Shown: piece by piece, positions 45,041 through 55,699 of the stretch
How positions within the stretch are numbered: the stretch's first letter is position 1
Layout: each line of letters starts with the position of its first letter
Assembly (NCBI GenBank): GCA_963813025.1
Contig: CAWEXO010000011.1
Location: 576,001 to 640,000, forward strand
DNA: 64,000 nt
Reading direction: 5' to 3'
DNA from: an uncultured Verrucomicrobiae bacterium
GTDB taxonomy: Bacteria; Verrucomicrobiota; Verrucomicrobiia; Chthoniobacterales; JAFAMB01
The notes under the pieces: generated by a model
Told to the model about the DNA's origin: nothing
The model's database searches: none
Seen by the model: only the letters and a program-made list of their open reading frames with translations
Made by a program: the position numbers and the translations under genes

Positions 45041-46108
45041 ATGAGTAAAAAAATACGCTTTTTGTCGGGTAAGATCCTGACTGGGTTCTTCTGCGCATCT
45101 CTTCTCCTGGTAAGCCCGCACCAGGCGTTCTCGGCATCAGGCCCACCGGTGACTCTGGCGATATCGATCCGTACCCTCTCGAACCCCTATCAAGCCAACT
45201 ACAAGGTCGGAGCCGAGGCCTTCGGCAAGCTCGTCGGATGGCCCGTTGACGTCCTGACGACTGAAGCAAACAGCGAGAAAGGTCTGACCGACATCAAGTC
45301 GGAGGTCGCGCGTACCGGTGGCAATGTGGTGTTCTTCATCGATCCAAACCAGGAAACAGACTGCGTGGCGATCGCGAAGATCCTCGATCGGGCCGGAGTC
45401 TATTTTGTTACCTGGTGGAACAAGCCTGCGGACGTGAAAGTATGGGACTATCCACATTGGGTCGCGCACATCTCTTTTGATGGCGTAGCCGCGGGCAACT
45501 ACACCGCCAATGAGCTGTTCAGGACCTTCAAGAATCCGGGTCACGGTAAGATCGTCGCTCTGCAAGGGCTTCTCGCTAATACACCGGCGGCCGAGCGATT
45601 CCGGGGACTCCAGAAGGCGATAAGCGAGCAGAGCGGAGTGCAGCTCGTCCAATGGGTAGCCGCGGACTGGGATCGAACCAAAGCCTACAACGACACAAAG
45701 GCAATGCTCATCGCGCATCCCGACATCGACGGGGTGTGGTGCGCGAACGACGATATGGCGATGGGCGCGATTCAGGCTCTGAAAGAGGCTGGCCTCGGGG
45801 GAAAGGTGTTTGTCACCGGCACCGACGGAATTCCGGAGATGTTCGATGCGATCAAAAGCGGACTCGCCGCAGCCACGGTCATGAATGACGCCAAATACCA
45901 GGCAGGACTTGGGTTGGCCATGTCGCTCGCTGCGAAGCAAGGTTAGTTTGATGTGGCATCCCAGCCCCAGAAATACCGGCAGTTCGAGATCCCTGCGGTA
46001 AACGTTAACCGCCAAAACGTGGACCAGATCGTCAACGAGTACATAACCAATACGCCGAAGTATGACTTCACCAATTTCTACGCGCGGTGGTCGGTTGCCA
46101 TTTCGTAG
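45041..46108 (+). CDS. Sugar ABC substrate-binding protein 1 (in-frame TAG at 45944-45946)
   Basis: Signal peptide, ND.MA.GA; the frame continues past TAG with FDVASQPQKYRQFEIPAV...WSVAIS, collinear with paralog 2. Confidence 0.85.
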
Positions 46109-46139
46109 AGACATAATAGCCGCCGATGCGTGTAAAAAA

Positions 46140-47225
46140 ATGATCCGTCACAAGGAAAATTTCGAAACGAAGATCGTCCGACGAGGATCCAGCTTAATTG
46201 CGCTGGGGTTGCTCTTTTCAGCATTCACTTCGGCCACAGGACAAACCAAGTCGTCTGCGCCACCTACGACCCTCGCAATATCGATCAGGACGCTCTCGAG
46301 CCCCTACCAGGTCATGTACAAGGTCGGAGCCGAAGCCTACGCGAAACAGACCGGTTTACCCCTTGATGTCCTGACGACCGAGGCAAACAGTCAAAAGGGA
46401 CTGACCGACATCAAGTCCGAAGTGGCCCGCACGGGTGGTAATGTGGCATTCTTTATCGATCCGAACGATGCTTCGGATGCCCTCCCGATCGCAAAGACGC
46501 TCGAGCCGGCGCGCGTTTACTTCGTTACGTGGTGGAGCAAGCCGGCCGACGTCAAAGTTTGGGATTACCCCCGCTGGATTGCTCACATCTCGTTTGACGG
46601 ATTCGCTGCAGGTACGTATACCGCTACCGAGCTGTTCAAGAGCTTTAAGACGCCGGGCAAAGGGAAGATCATAGCATTGCAAGGGCGCCTGGGCGATACC
46701 CCCAATGCCGAGCGCTGGCAGGGTTTGCAGCAGGTCCTTTCCCAGAATCCCGGAATTCAGTTGGTTCAATGGGAGTCCGCCCAGTGGGACCGAACTCAGG
46801 CCTACAACGATACAAAGGCGATGCTTGTCGCTCATCCCGATATTGACGGAGTGTGGACTGCGAATGACGACATGGCCATGGGTGCGATTCAAGCCCTGAA
46901 AGAAGCCGGGCTAGCCGGCAAGGTGCTTGTTACCGGCTGCGACGGGATTCGCGAGATGTTTGATGCAATCAAAGGTGGGCTTGCGGCAGCCACGATTTTC
47001 AACGACGGCAAGTACCAGGCCGAGTTAGGTCTTGCCATGGCACTTGCAGCGAAGGAAGGGAAGCTCGACGTCGCTTCTCTACCCCACAAGTATCGCCAGT
47101 TCGAGATTCCGGCGGTGAATGTGAATCGCGAAAACGTCGATCAAGTCGTGCACGACTATGTGGAAAATACCCCGACCTACGATCTGACGGATTTTTTCGC
47201 CAAGTGGTCGAAAGCGATTCCGTGA
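46140..47225 (+). CDS. Sugar ABC substrate-binding protein 2
   Basis: RbsB-like fold motifs; close paralog of the upstream gene. Confidence 0.92.
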   Translation: MIRHKENFETKIVRRGSSLIALGLLFSAFTSATGQTKSSAPPTTLAISIRTLSSPYQVMYKVGAEAYAKQTGLPLDVLTTEANSQKGLTDIKSEVARTGGNVAFFIDPNDASDALPIAKTLEPARVYFVTWWSKPADVKVWDYPRWIAHISFDGFAAGTYTATELFKSFKTPGKGKIIALQGRLGDTPNAERWQGLQQVLSQNPGIQLVQWESAQWDRTQAYNDTKAMLVAHPDIDGVWTANDDMAMGAIQALKEAGLAGKVLVTGCDGIREMFDAIKGGLAAATIFNDGKYQAELGLAMALAAKEGKLDVASLPHKYRQFEIPAVNVNRENVDQVVHDYVENTPTYDLTDFFAKWSKAIP

Positions 47226-47328
47226 CTCGATGGCGCCGTCGGCGGACGCCGTGATACTCGCCGGCGCCTCTTGATTCGATCTTCAAGGGCCGTAATAAGG
47301 TACAGGGAGAAGCGGGGGCTGTGCAATC

Positions 47329-48357
47329 ATGTCGAATAACGTGACTTCAACATCGCCGCCTCGCGCGTCCGGCTGGCTTTCGATTTCCGCCGCGAGAGGA
47401 CAACGATGGTTTCGGCGAAGCGGAATCGGCGGCCAGCTCCTTTCTCTGGTCATAGTAATGGGAATATTCGCCATCGGGACTAAGGGGAAATATCTTTCCT
47501 GGCCGAACTTCCAAGTTATTCTCAGCCTCAGCGCAATACCGGCGATCATCGCGATCGGGCTGCACCAGGTGGTAGTTCTCGGAGGGATCGATCTGTCAGT
47601 CGAAGGGATTGTGGCGCTCTGCGTGGTTTTCGTCGGCCTCCTTGCGCGCAACAAATTCAACTCGAATGACGTCGGATTGTGGATTGTTCCGATAACCGCG
47701 GGCGTCGGCGGGCTTGCCGGAGCTATCAACGGCCTGCTCAACACGAAACTGAAGATACCGTCGTTTATCAGTACACTAGGTATGAGCTGGGTCCTTTGGG
47801 GATTGGCGGTTTTTGTGAGCAAGGGGCAGACCATTCCGTTGCTTAACAGCCCGCTAAGCGGTTTCGTGAACGGCTATGTGCTGGGCGTTCCGAACCTGGC
47901 ACTGGTCGCGATCGGGTTGTTTATCGTTATTCAGATTATTCAGGACAGAACCCGATTCGGCCGTTACCTTTACGCGATCGGCGGAGACGAAGTGCTTGCT
48001 GCGCAGGCAGGCGTTAAAGTCGATGGGACGAAGATTATCGCCTTCGGTATCGCCGGAGTATTCTACGGTCTTTCAGCTTTGTTCCTCGCCGTGAGACTCG
48101 ACAGCGCCCAGGCGATAACGGGCAACAATCTCCTTTTCCCGGCTGTAACCGCAGTGGCGGTCGGTGGAGTCGCGTTAACCGGCGGAATCGGGGGCGCTAA
48201 GAATGCAGCGCTCGGGGCGCTGATCATCACGGCGCTAAACGAGGGGCTGATCCTTCTGAACGTCAACCCATATGCGCAGGAAGCGGTGAATGGAGTCGTT
48301 CTGGTTGCGGCGGTTGCGCTGACCATTGACCGAAAGAAGCTTGGCTTCATCAAATAG
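47329..48357 (+). CDS. Sugar ABC permease (RbsC family)
   Basis: GGIDLSV, IPSFI.TLG, GR..YA.GG, AV.VGG..L.GG.G. Confidence 0.93.
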   Translation: MSNNVTSTSPPRASGWLSISAARGQRWFRRSGIGGQLLSLVIVMGIFAIGTKGKYLSWPNFQVILSLSAIPAIIAIGLHQVVVLGGIDLSVEGIVALCVVFVGLLARNKFNSNDVGLWIVPITAGVGGLAGAINGLLNTKLKIPSFISTLGMSWVLWGLAVFVSKGQTIPLLNSPLSGFVNGYVLGVPNLALVAIGLFIVIQIIQDRTRFGRYLYAIGGDEVLAAQAGVKVDGTKIIAFGIAGVFYGLSALFLAVRLDSAQAITGNNLLFPAVTAVAVGGVALTGGIGGAKNAALGALIITALNEGLILLNVNPYAQEAVNGVVLVAAVALTIDRKKLGFIK

Positions 48358-48389
48358 ACCCAGGTTGTGATGATGGGAAACCCGACAGA

Positions 48390-49913
48390 GTGACTGCAAA
48401 AGAACCAGTGCTTGAGCTGCGGCGGATTACAAAATCCTATCCAGGAGTCGTCGCACTCGATCGAGTGGACTTCACCGTGTACGAGAATGAAATCGTCGGG
48501 CTAGTCGGCGAGAACGGTGCCGGAAAGTCCACCCTGATGAAGATTCTCATCGGACTCATTCAACCCGATCGGGGCTCTTACACGTTACAAGGAGAGCCCG
48601 TCGTGTTAAGAGATCCGGCAAGTGCGACCAGGCTCGGAGTCGGCATGGTTTTCCAGGAAGGTTCCCTCGTGCCGAATCTGTCCATCATGGAAAATCTATT
48701 TTTGTGCCATGAGTCACGGTTTCGAAGATTCGGTTTTCTCTCGAAGCGCGCGATGCAAGAAGCCGCCTACGCTGCTCTTGCGCCTGTGAAAATAGAAACG
48801 GACCTGGATACCCCGATTGCAGATACCACTCCCGAAGTCCGCCAAATGGTCGAGATTGCGCGCCTTCTTTGGCTTGCGAAGCTGTACGGCCAGAGGAATC
48901 CCATCCTTATTTTGGACGAACCGACGACCGTCCTGACCGAGAATGAGCGGGACACTCTTTTTTCGATTCTTGGCGGGATCAAGAGCCAGGCATCGATCGT
49001 TCTGATTTCTCACCGGCTGCAGGAAGTCGTCGAGAACTCGGATCGCATCGTGATCCTGAAGGACGGAAAGAACGTTACCGAATTGGGGACCGGAGAGGCG
49101 AGTATCCCTGATATCGAGCAGATGATGGTTGGCCACCGATTCGCAGCGGACCGTTACCGCGAAGACGAGCAGGTTGAGCCGAGCGACCAAACTGTATTGA
49201 GGGTGCAGAACTTGAGCAAACGTGGGCTGTTTGAACCGATCGATTTCTCCGTCAGAAGAGGGGAGATAGTCAGCCTTGTTGGGCTTGTCGGATCCGGCAA
49301 GGAAGGAATATGCCGATGCATAACTGGCCTGGAGAAGCCCGACAGCGGCTCAATCGCGCTCGGGGGGAATAAGCTTACTTCCGGCTCTCCTAGCGAAAGC
49401 GTTCGCTCCGGGATTGGGCACATTCCAATCGACCGGCGAAGCGAGGGTCTCGCCCTCGGGATGACTGTGGCCGAAAACGTGAATCTCCTTGTGCTGGATC
49501 GCTTCAAGGTAGCTGGTCTGGTCAGTCCTGCGCGTGAGAAGCGAAATGCAGTCCACTGGATTGAGGAGTGTCGGATCAAGGCTCCTTCTGCTTGGACGAT
49601 GTGCGCCAACCTGAGCGGCGGGAATCAGCAGAAGACAGTGATTGCAAAGTGGCTCTCGTCGCAGATTCAGTTTCTGGTGCTTGATCACCCGACACGCGGC
49701 GTTGACGTGGGAGCCAAGCAGGAGATTTACCGGCTGATCCGAAAGCTGACGCGTGACGGAATCGGCATGCTCATTATGTGTGACACGCTTGAGGAAGATA
49801 TCGGTCTCTGTAATCGAGCGCTCATTATGAAAGATGGTCGGCTCGTTAGGGAGATCAGCTGTCCGCCGTTCAAGAAAGCCAGCCCCAGTGAGATTATAGG
49901 CTCACTCGTGTGA
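48390..49913 (+). CDS. Sugar ABC ATPase (RbsA family)
   Basis: GENGAGKST, LDEPT, ISH, LSGGNQQK, PTRGVDVGAK. Confidence 0.94.
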   Translation: MTAKEPVLELRRITKSYPGVVALDRVDFTVYENEIVGLVGENGAGKSTLMKILIGLIQPDRGSYTLQGEPVVLRDPASATRLGVGMVFQEGSLVPNLSIMENLFLCHESRFRRFGFLSKRAMQEAAYAALAPVKIETDLDTPIADTTPEVRQMVEIARLLWLAKLYGQRNPILILDEPTTVLTENERDTLFSILGGIKSQASIVLISHRLQEVVENSDRIVILKDGKNVTELGTGEASIPDIEQMMVGHRFAADRYREDEQVEPSDQTVLRVQNLSKRGLFEPIDFSVRRGEIVSLVGLVGSGKEGICRCITGLEKPDSGSIALGGNKLTSGSPSESVRSGIGHIPIDRRSEGLALGMTVAENVNLLVLDRFKVAGLVSPAREKRNAVHWIEECRIKAPSAWTMCANLSGGNQQKTVIAKWLSSQIQFLVLDHPTRGVDVGAKQEIYRLIRKLTRDGIGMLIMCDTLEEDIGLCNRALIMKDGRLVREISCPPFKKASPSEIIGSLV

Positions 49914-49945
49914 GGCACCGCCGGCACTGAGAAAGGAGAAGTGAA

Positions 49946-50941
49946 GTGGTACAGGTAAAGCCCGGCGGCCCGGCGGACGCGCCAGCGACGACAACCGCCC
50001 GGGGTAAGCGGGCAAGGATACCCGCGATCTATTTCGCGGTCACACTTCTCGTTGTCCTGGTTTTTTTGTTTACCATGGGCAACCGGAATTTCCTCTCGGC
50101 GTATAACCTCAACACGATTGCAAGTTATACCGCGATCTTGTTGGTGGTCGGTCTGGGCCAGATGAATCCCATCCTCATCGGCGGAATCGACCTCTCTGTC
50201 GGGGGCCTCATGTCATTCGTTTCGGTCGTGTTCGTCGTATCGTTGAAGACGATTGGGATCTGGGCCTTCCCGCTCTGCATTCTAATCGCGCTGACCGCGG
50301 GTTTTCTCAATGGAAACATTCTCACTCGCATCAAGATTCCCTCGTTCATTGCTACTCTGGGCACCGGGGGCATCCTGACGAGCCTTGCACTTCTTGTTTC
50401 GCCCCTGCCGGTCGATGTCCCGGCCCCTTCGTATCCGTTGCTGGAGACCGTAAACGGCACAGTGCTCGGGGTACCAAATCTGCTGCTCCTGACGCTCGGC
50501 GTCTTCGCGCTTTTCTATGTCATTCTCCGACTTACCACGGTCGGTCGGAACATTTACTACATTGGCAGCAACATTAAGATGTCCTGGATGTCGGGGATCG
50601 ATATCGTCAGAACGCGGAATTTTGCGTTCGCATTGTCGGGTCTCGGTGCAGGGCTCGCGGCCATCATGCAATCGTGCAGCCAATACGGTGGCGACCCGTC
50701 TTTGGGCAAGGTTTATATCCTGCAATCAATTGCTGCGGTTGTGGTGGGCGGTACCGCACTCACTGGGGGAACCGGCGGAGCGATCAATACCGTTATTGGT
50801 GCCCTGATTCTAGGCGTAATGGAAAACGGTATGAACGTGGTTGGAGTCGATGCCTATTTCCAACAGAGCATCCTCGGGCTCGTTATCATCATTAGCGTGG
50901 CGCTTACGTTTGACCGAAGCAAAACGGCGATGATCAAATAG
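49946..50941 (+). CDS. Sugar ABC permease (RbsC family)
   Basis: GGIDLSVG, IPSFIATLG, IAAVVVGG..L.GG.G. Confidence 0.93.
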   Translation: MVQVKPGGPADAPATTTARGKRARIPAIYFAVTLLVVLVFLFTMGNRNFLSAYNLNTIASYTAILLVVGLGQMNPILIGGIDLSVGGLMSFVSVVFVVSLKTIGIWAFPLCILIALTAGFLNGNILTRIKIPSFIATLGTGGILTSLALLVSPLPVDVPAPSYPLLETVNGTVLGVPNLLLLTLGVFALFYVILRLTTVGRNIYYIGSNIKMSWMSGIDIVRTRNFAFALSGLGAGLAAIMQSCSQYGGDPSLGKVYILQSIAAVVVGGTALTGGTGGAINTVIGALILGVMENGMNVVGVDAYFQQSILGLVIIISVALTFDRSKTAMIK

Positions 50942-51024
50942 AATGAAGATTCCGGAGGAGATCTGTTCGGATCAATTCGAGCGTGCGGCCCGGCTCTTGT
51001 ACTGGATTGGACGGCAGTTCATGG

Positions 51025-51402
51025 GTAAGCGTCACGCCAAGCGCCTCGCAGTCGTCCATTGACTCGAAGGGACTGTAAAAGTCGTAAGTTTGAGTTACGA
51101 CATTTAGAATATTTAGGCTGCTCTGGGTGCAGTGTTTCTCCTGGCTGCTGCCCAAGCTTTTGGAACAATGTCTTTAATCTGATGATTGGTCATTGTGGGC
51201 AGGCGGGTCAGTACGTCGAGCAGATAAGTGCAGGGCTCGATAACCTGCCGCCGGCAGCTTTCGATGATCGAGTAAATGATCGCGCTGCGTTGGTTGGCCT
51301 GCGTCGGCGTCACCGAAAAATAACCAGTTCTTCTTTCCAAGAGCGGTAGGTCGGACCGCATTCTCAACCAGGTTATTGTCGATCTCGATTTCGGGCTCTT
51401 TG
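51025..51402 (-). mobile_element. IS66 remnant (TnpC C-terminus and terminal IR)
   Basis: EIDNN.VEN..RP..LGKKNWLF and YS..ESC....EP..YL.DVL.RLP in two frames; GTAAGCGTC terminus at 51025. Confidence 0.8.
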
Positions 51403-52175
51403 CGCCTCACCTCACGAAACGGAAAAAATCGTACATTAACCGAAGTTCCGCAGTTATTCCTGCGGAACTCAGGTTAGTTAAGAAGCAAGAACCGGGTCGG
51501 AGGGGCCGAAATTTTCCGCTTTCCACCCGCCGGTTCTGCCGCCAGACGTAATCGCCAGTGAGGTTGATGTGTTCCCAGCCGAGGGACGACAGGTGTTCAA
51601 GCAGGTTGTCGCCCACCGCTTGCGTACGAAACCGGTCGGTGCGTCGGCAGGCACCTTGCGCAGGTTATCGGCGTTCATGACCTTAAGCGTTTCGAGCGCT
51701 TCAAGGGCTTTTAGCCGTTCAGGGTGTTCGAGCAGGTGCTTCGCGCTCGGCACGCCGGGCGCTTGTCGTCACCAAGCCAGCGTGCTGGAGGTCGATCCGG
51801 TCGATTGCCGCAAAAGCCCCTCCAGCTGCGCGTGATGGCCGTCGTTAAGGGTCTCGGTCAGGGTTAAATAGATTTTCCGATTCGCGCGCGTGATGGCTGG
51901 CGCACAAATGCCCTCGATCACGTTCAGAGGAGGCAAAATGAGCTTTTCTTGGCGTAGTTCCTGAACCAACGCAATCGCCAGGGCTCGGCCCGGGTACCGC
52001 AGGCCGCACATCAGAATGGCAAAGCCAAGGCGATGCGCATCACCCCGGCGTTGGTTAATCACAGATAGACTTGTTCGCTAAAGGTATAAAGCCGAATCAG
52101 CTCGGATCGCTCGCTCGGAAATGCCAACAATGCGTTGCGTTCGGCGGGGTAAGGATGCATCGATGGGGATGGATA
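51403..52175 (-). pseudogene. tnpA: Internally deleted Tn3-family transposase with degenerate 38-bp IR
   Basis: N-terminal QRRG..NR/HRLGFA and LE..ERL pieces fused to C-terminal [19 protein letters not shown]-like TCACCTCACGAAACGGAAAAAATCGTACATTAAC at 51403-51440. Confidence 0.82.
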
Positions 52176-52199
52176 TTCTTCTCGGAAACGAACCTTAAT

Positions 52200-52736
52200 G
52201 AGAAGGAAAGCAACCAGAACCTTGAACTACAACTAGCGGCGCTGAAGAGAGCCAGCTGCAAACGGATCTTTATTGACAAGGTCAGTGGCGCTAAGGCAGA
52301 TCGTCCTGAACTCACAAAGACGCTCTCCCACTTGCGGGAGACTGATACTCTGGTTGTTTGGAAACTCGATCGTCTCGGACGCAGCGTGAAAGGATTGGTT
52401 GATCTGGTGAATGGACTCCAAGAGCGCCACGTACATTTCAAAAGTCTGACCGATGGCATCGATACAAAGACGCCGGCCGCCCGGTTCTTTTTTCACGTGA
52501 TGGCAAGTCTTGCGCAGATGGAACGAGAGCTGATTATCGAACGGACACGCGCCGGATTGGAAGCGGCAAAACGACAAGGCCGTGTAGGTGGCCGAAAACG
52601 CCGAATGACCGAAGGCAAGGTCAAAGCAGCTAGGAAGTTGCTTTCTTTGGGTACGCCGCCAAGAGATCTGGCCCAAAGTTTGGGCGTGTCGGTGCCAACG
52701 TTATACCGCTGGGTTCCCGCCTCTACGAGAATGTAG
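52200..52736 (+). pseudogene. tnpR: Tn3 serine resolvase lacking the N-terminal catalytic YARVS motif
   Basis: QNL.LQ..AL, VVWKLDRLGRS, ERELI.ERT..GL..A...GR.GGR, C-terminal HTH; the YARVS segment is absent. Confidence 0.8.
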
Positions 52737-52977
52737 GTGCTTGCTCGTCAATTCAAAAACTATACTGTACATCTAACAAAACGACAAAACGAGACCAAGC
52801 GATTCGACCTGATCTTGCCCGTCAGGACCCTTTTTCATCCTGATGAACACTGAGGCATCGCCTGCCCCAAACTCGGGAGGGGAGCCGCTTTAATCAAAGA
52901 ATCAAAAAGCCGCCTGTCGGGGACGAGAAATCCTTGCGGCCACTACCCCGTTGCCCTTATCGCTCGGCCCTGTTTGC

Positions 52978-53724
52978 TTAAACCGCGATCATTCCACCAT
53001 CCACCACCAGCTCGGCGCCGGCCACAAAGCTGCTGTCATCTGAAGCCAGGAAGACGACCGCCTTAGCGATTTCGTCGGGCTGACCCACACGACCTAGGGG
53101 GATTTGAGCCGCCATCTGTGCCGCGAATTGTTTGAGCTGTTCTTCGTTGCCGAGAGCGCGGTAGCCCTCGGTCGGCACCACGCCGGGACTGATCACATTG
53201 ACACGGATCTTTCGCGCCTTTAAATCCGTGGTCCAGGTGCGAGCAAAAGAACGCACGGCAGCTTTGGTAGCGCTATACACACTGAATGCTTCCATCCCGA
53301 TCGACGCCACGATCGAAGCGTTCAGAATAATCGCTCCCCCATCCTTCAACAGCGGTAGCGCTTTCTGCACCGTAAAAAGCAGCCCTTTTACGTTGATGTT
53401 AAAGATCTGGTCGAAATGTTCCTCTGTGATTGCGCCCAGCGGAGCAAAACTTCCTCCTCCGGCGTTGGCGAAAACGATATCGAGATACCCTTTCTCTTTT
53501 TGGATGGTGGCATAGAGCCGATCCAGATCCGCCAGGTTAGAGACGTCTCCTTGGACGCCAAGGACATTCCCGCCGAGGCGTTTTACGGCGGAATCAAGTT
53601 CAGCTTGTCGCCGGCCGGTGATGATCGCGTCAGCGCCTTCGCTGAGAAAGCGTTCAGCGGTGGCAAAGCCGAGGCCGGTGGTTCCGCCAGTAATAAGCGC
53701 TATTTTTCCGTTTAATTTACTCAT
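52978..53724 (-). CDS. SDR family oxidoreductase
   Basis: TGGTTGLG, ANAG, YSATK, VDGG. Confidence 0.92.
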   Translation of the reverse strand: MSKLNGKIALITGGTTGLGFATAERFLSEGADAIITGRRQAELDSAVKRLGGNVLGVQGDVSNLADLDRLYATIQKEKGYLDIVFANAGGGSFAPLGAITEEHFDQIFNINVKGLLFTVQKALPLLKDGGAIILNASIVASIGMEAFSVYSATKAAVRSFARTWTTDLKARKIRVNVISPGVVPTEGYRALGNEEQLKQFAAQMAAQIPLGRVGQPDEIAKAVVFLASDDSSFVAGAELVVDGGMIAV

Positions 53725-53948
53725 GCTGTATTTTTCTTTTGTGACTGAGGGTTGCGGTCGACTAAATTGTTTCTTTTACAGTAACAATTTTGGGAACAAT
53801 GCTGCGTGATTCTGGCCCGCAGCGCTGCGTTAGTTTGAGTCTGGGTAATACCCATCGAGCAGTTCTTCCTCGTTAAACCACGCAAAATAATTTCCCAAAA
53901 ATCGTCAGCGGCGGAGTGGACAAAAAATGGCCACCGTTGGGACACATT

Positions 53949-54497
53949 TCATCGGTAAGAGGCGAGCATCGCATAGACTGCGACCCCGGTTACGGAAACG
54001 TAGAGCCAGATCGGAAACGTCCAACGAGCAATCCGGCGATGGGCCCGGAAGCGGCCGCTCAGCGAGAAGAAAAAGGTAATAAGAATCAGCGGAAGGGCCA
54101 GGACCGAAAGACTGATGTGGGAGATGAGCAGGCCGAAATAAAAGGGCCGAATCATACCTTGGCCATGAAAACGCATGTCACCGTGCAGGGCGTGATTGGT
54201 GATGTAGGTGACAAGGAACACGGTGGAGAAAACAAACGCCGTAAACATCGCAGCTCGATGGGCTTTGACCCGCTTGGTCCGGATGAAAACGAAGCCCGCA
54301 AGCAGCGCAAGCGCCGAGAGGGCGTTGAGCAGCGAATTGAGGGCGGGAAGGAAACGCAAATGTGTTCCGGCCACATCGGCAGGCGCATGAAAATAGACCA
54401 ACCAGCAGAGAAAAAGACTGGCGACGGCACTGACCGCGACGATGACGCCTATGACAATCGGCGGAGTCCGGGTTTTGTTAGCAGCCAGGGTGGTCAC
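53949..54497 (-). CDS. DUF420 (YozB-like) membrane protein
   Basis: LP.LN..LN, H...M..AF..S..FL..Y, LISHI.L, H...ARW..PIWLYVS.TG. Confidence 0.87.
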   Translation of the reverse strand: MTTLAANKTRTPPIVIGVIVAVSAVASLFLCWLVYFHAPADVAGTHLRFLPALNSLLNALSALALLAGFVFIRTKRVKAHRAAMFTAFVFSTVFLVTYITNHALHGDMRFHGQGMIRPFYFGLLISHISLSVLALPLILITFFFSLSGRFRAHRRIARWTFPIWLYVSVTGVAVYAMLASYR

Positions 54498-54687
54498 GTT
54501 TTTTAGTGCGCTTGGCGCAGCGCCTATATGGTAAGGCTCCAAATCGTCCCTGAAAAGGCGGAAGCGGCTTGCTCGCAAGGCTGACCCCGGCGTATCCCTT
54601 ATTCTTCACCCCTCATGCGCCCGATTGTGACGCAAGAAAACACCCTCATTTCCGCGCAAATGACTCGCGAACGAATCCGCAGAAATT

Positions 54688-55650
54688 ATGCCTAAAGTAC
54701 TTGTGACTGACAAGATTCAGCAAGCTGGTCTCGATGTCTTAGCTCAACGCAGCGGTCTCGTGCTTGATCGCTGCTGGGATCGACCGAGCGAGGAAGAGCT
54801 GGTTGATCGAATCCGTGATGTCGATGCTCTTCTGGTGGGCACAACGCCGATCACGGCAAAGATCATCGATGCCGGACGTCAACTGAAAGTAGTTTCGCGG
54901 CGCGGTGTAGGCTACGACAATATCGATTTGGCTGCCTTGCGGCGGCGCGGAATTCCGCTGGCGATCGTTGGTTTGGCCAATGCGTCCGCTGTGGCAGAGC
55001 ATACGCTCTCGTTTATCCTGGCGCTGACAAAACAATTGATGGCCTACGACCGCGCAGTCAGAAGCAGCAACTGGGACTTTCGAAACACCCTGGTCGCCAA
55101 TGATGTACTGGGAAAGATTTTGTTACTGGTTGGCTTGGGCCGGGTCGGCCGCGCAGTTGCTGTTCGTGCAGCTGCTTTTGGCATGCGGGTGATGGGTTAT
55201 GATCCGTTTGTTCCGGAAGCTGCATTTCGTGAAGTGAAGATTGAACCGATTACGGATCTCGTTCAGGGATTGGCTGCGTGTGATTTCCTCAGTGTGCATG
55301 TACCATTGACCCCGGAAACCTGTGGATTGATCGGGCGGAAACAGCTCGCGGCCATGAAGCCGACCGCTTTCGTGGTGTCCACGGCTCGAGGTGGGGTGCT
55401 TGACGAAGTAGAGCTCGTCAATGCGTTACGGACGGGGCTCATTCGAGGAGCAGGATTGGACGTTTTTGCTGAGGAGCCGCTTCCGCCGAATCACCCGTTA
55501 ATCGAATTGGACAATGTAATCCTGTCGCCGCACGTGGCGGCGCTGAGCTGGGAGTGTGCCCGGCGGATGGACGAAGTGGCAGCCCAGAACTGCCTCGACG
55601 CCATCGATGGGAAGCTGGATCGGGCACTGACTGTTCCGAATGAAGAATAA
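54688..55650 (+). CDS. D-2-hydroxyacid dehydrogenase (SerA-like)
   Basis: GVGYDNID, GLGRVG, H.PL.PET, ARGG, LDVF..EP, SPH. Confidence 0.92.
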   Translation: MPKVLVTDKIQQAGLDVLAQRSGLVLDRCWDRPSEEELVDRIRDVDALLVGTTPITAKIIDAGRQLKVVSRRGVGYDNIDLAALRRRGIPLAIVGLANASAVAEHTLSFILALTKQLMAYDRAVRSSNWDFRNTLVANDVLGKILLLVGLGRVGRAVAVRAAAFGMRVMGYDPFVPEAAFREVKIEPITDLVQGLAACDFLSVHVPLTPETCGLIGRKQLAAMKPTAFVVSTARGGVLDEVELVNALRTGLIRGAGLDVFAEEPLPPNHPLIELDNVILSPHVAALSWECARRMDEVAAQNCLDAIDGKLDRALTVPNEE

Positions 55651-55699
55651 GCCCCGGTTTCGCAAACCACCATAATGGCGGCCGGCGTATTCATTGTCT

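Noticed and set aside
45944..45946. Pyrrolysine or programmed amber readthrough
   Set aside because: No pyl genes are visible, TAG is used as a normal stop elsewhere, and a single A>T change explains it
45137..46892. Long antisense ORFs (also 1014-1907, 7123-7803, 9212-9946)
   Set aside because: They are shadow frames of well-supported genes in GC-rich DNA
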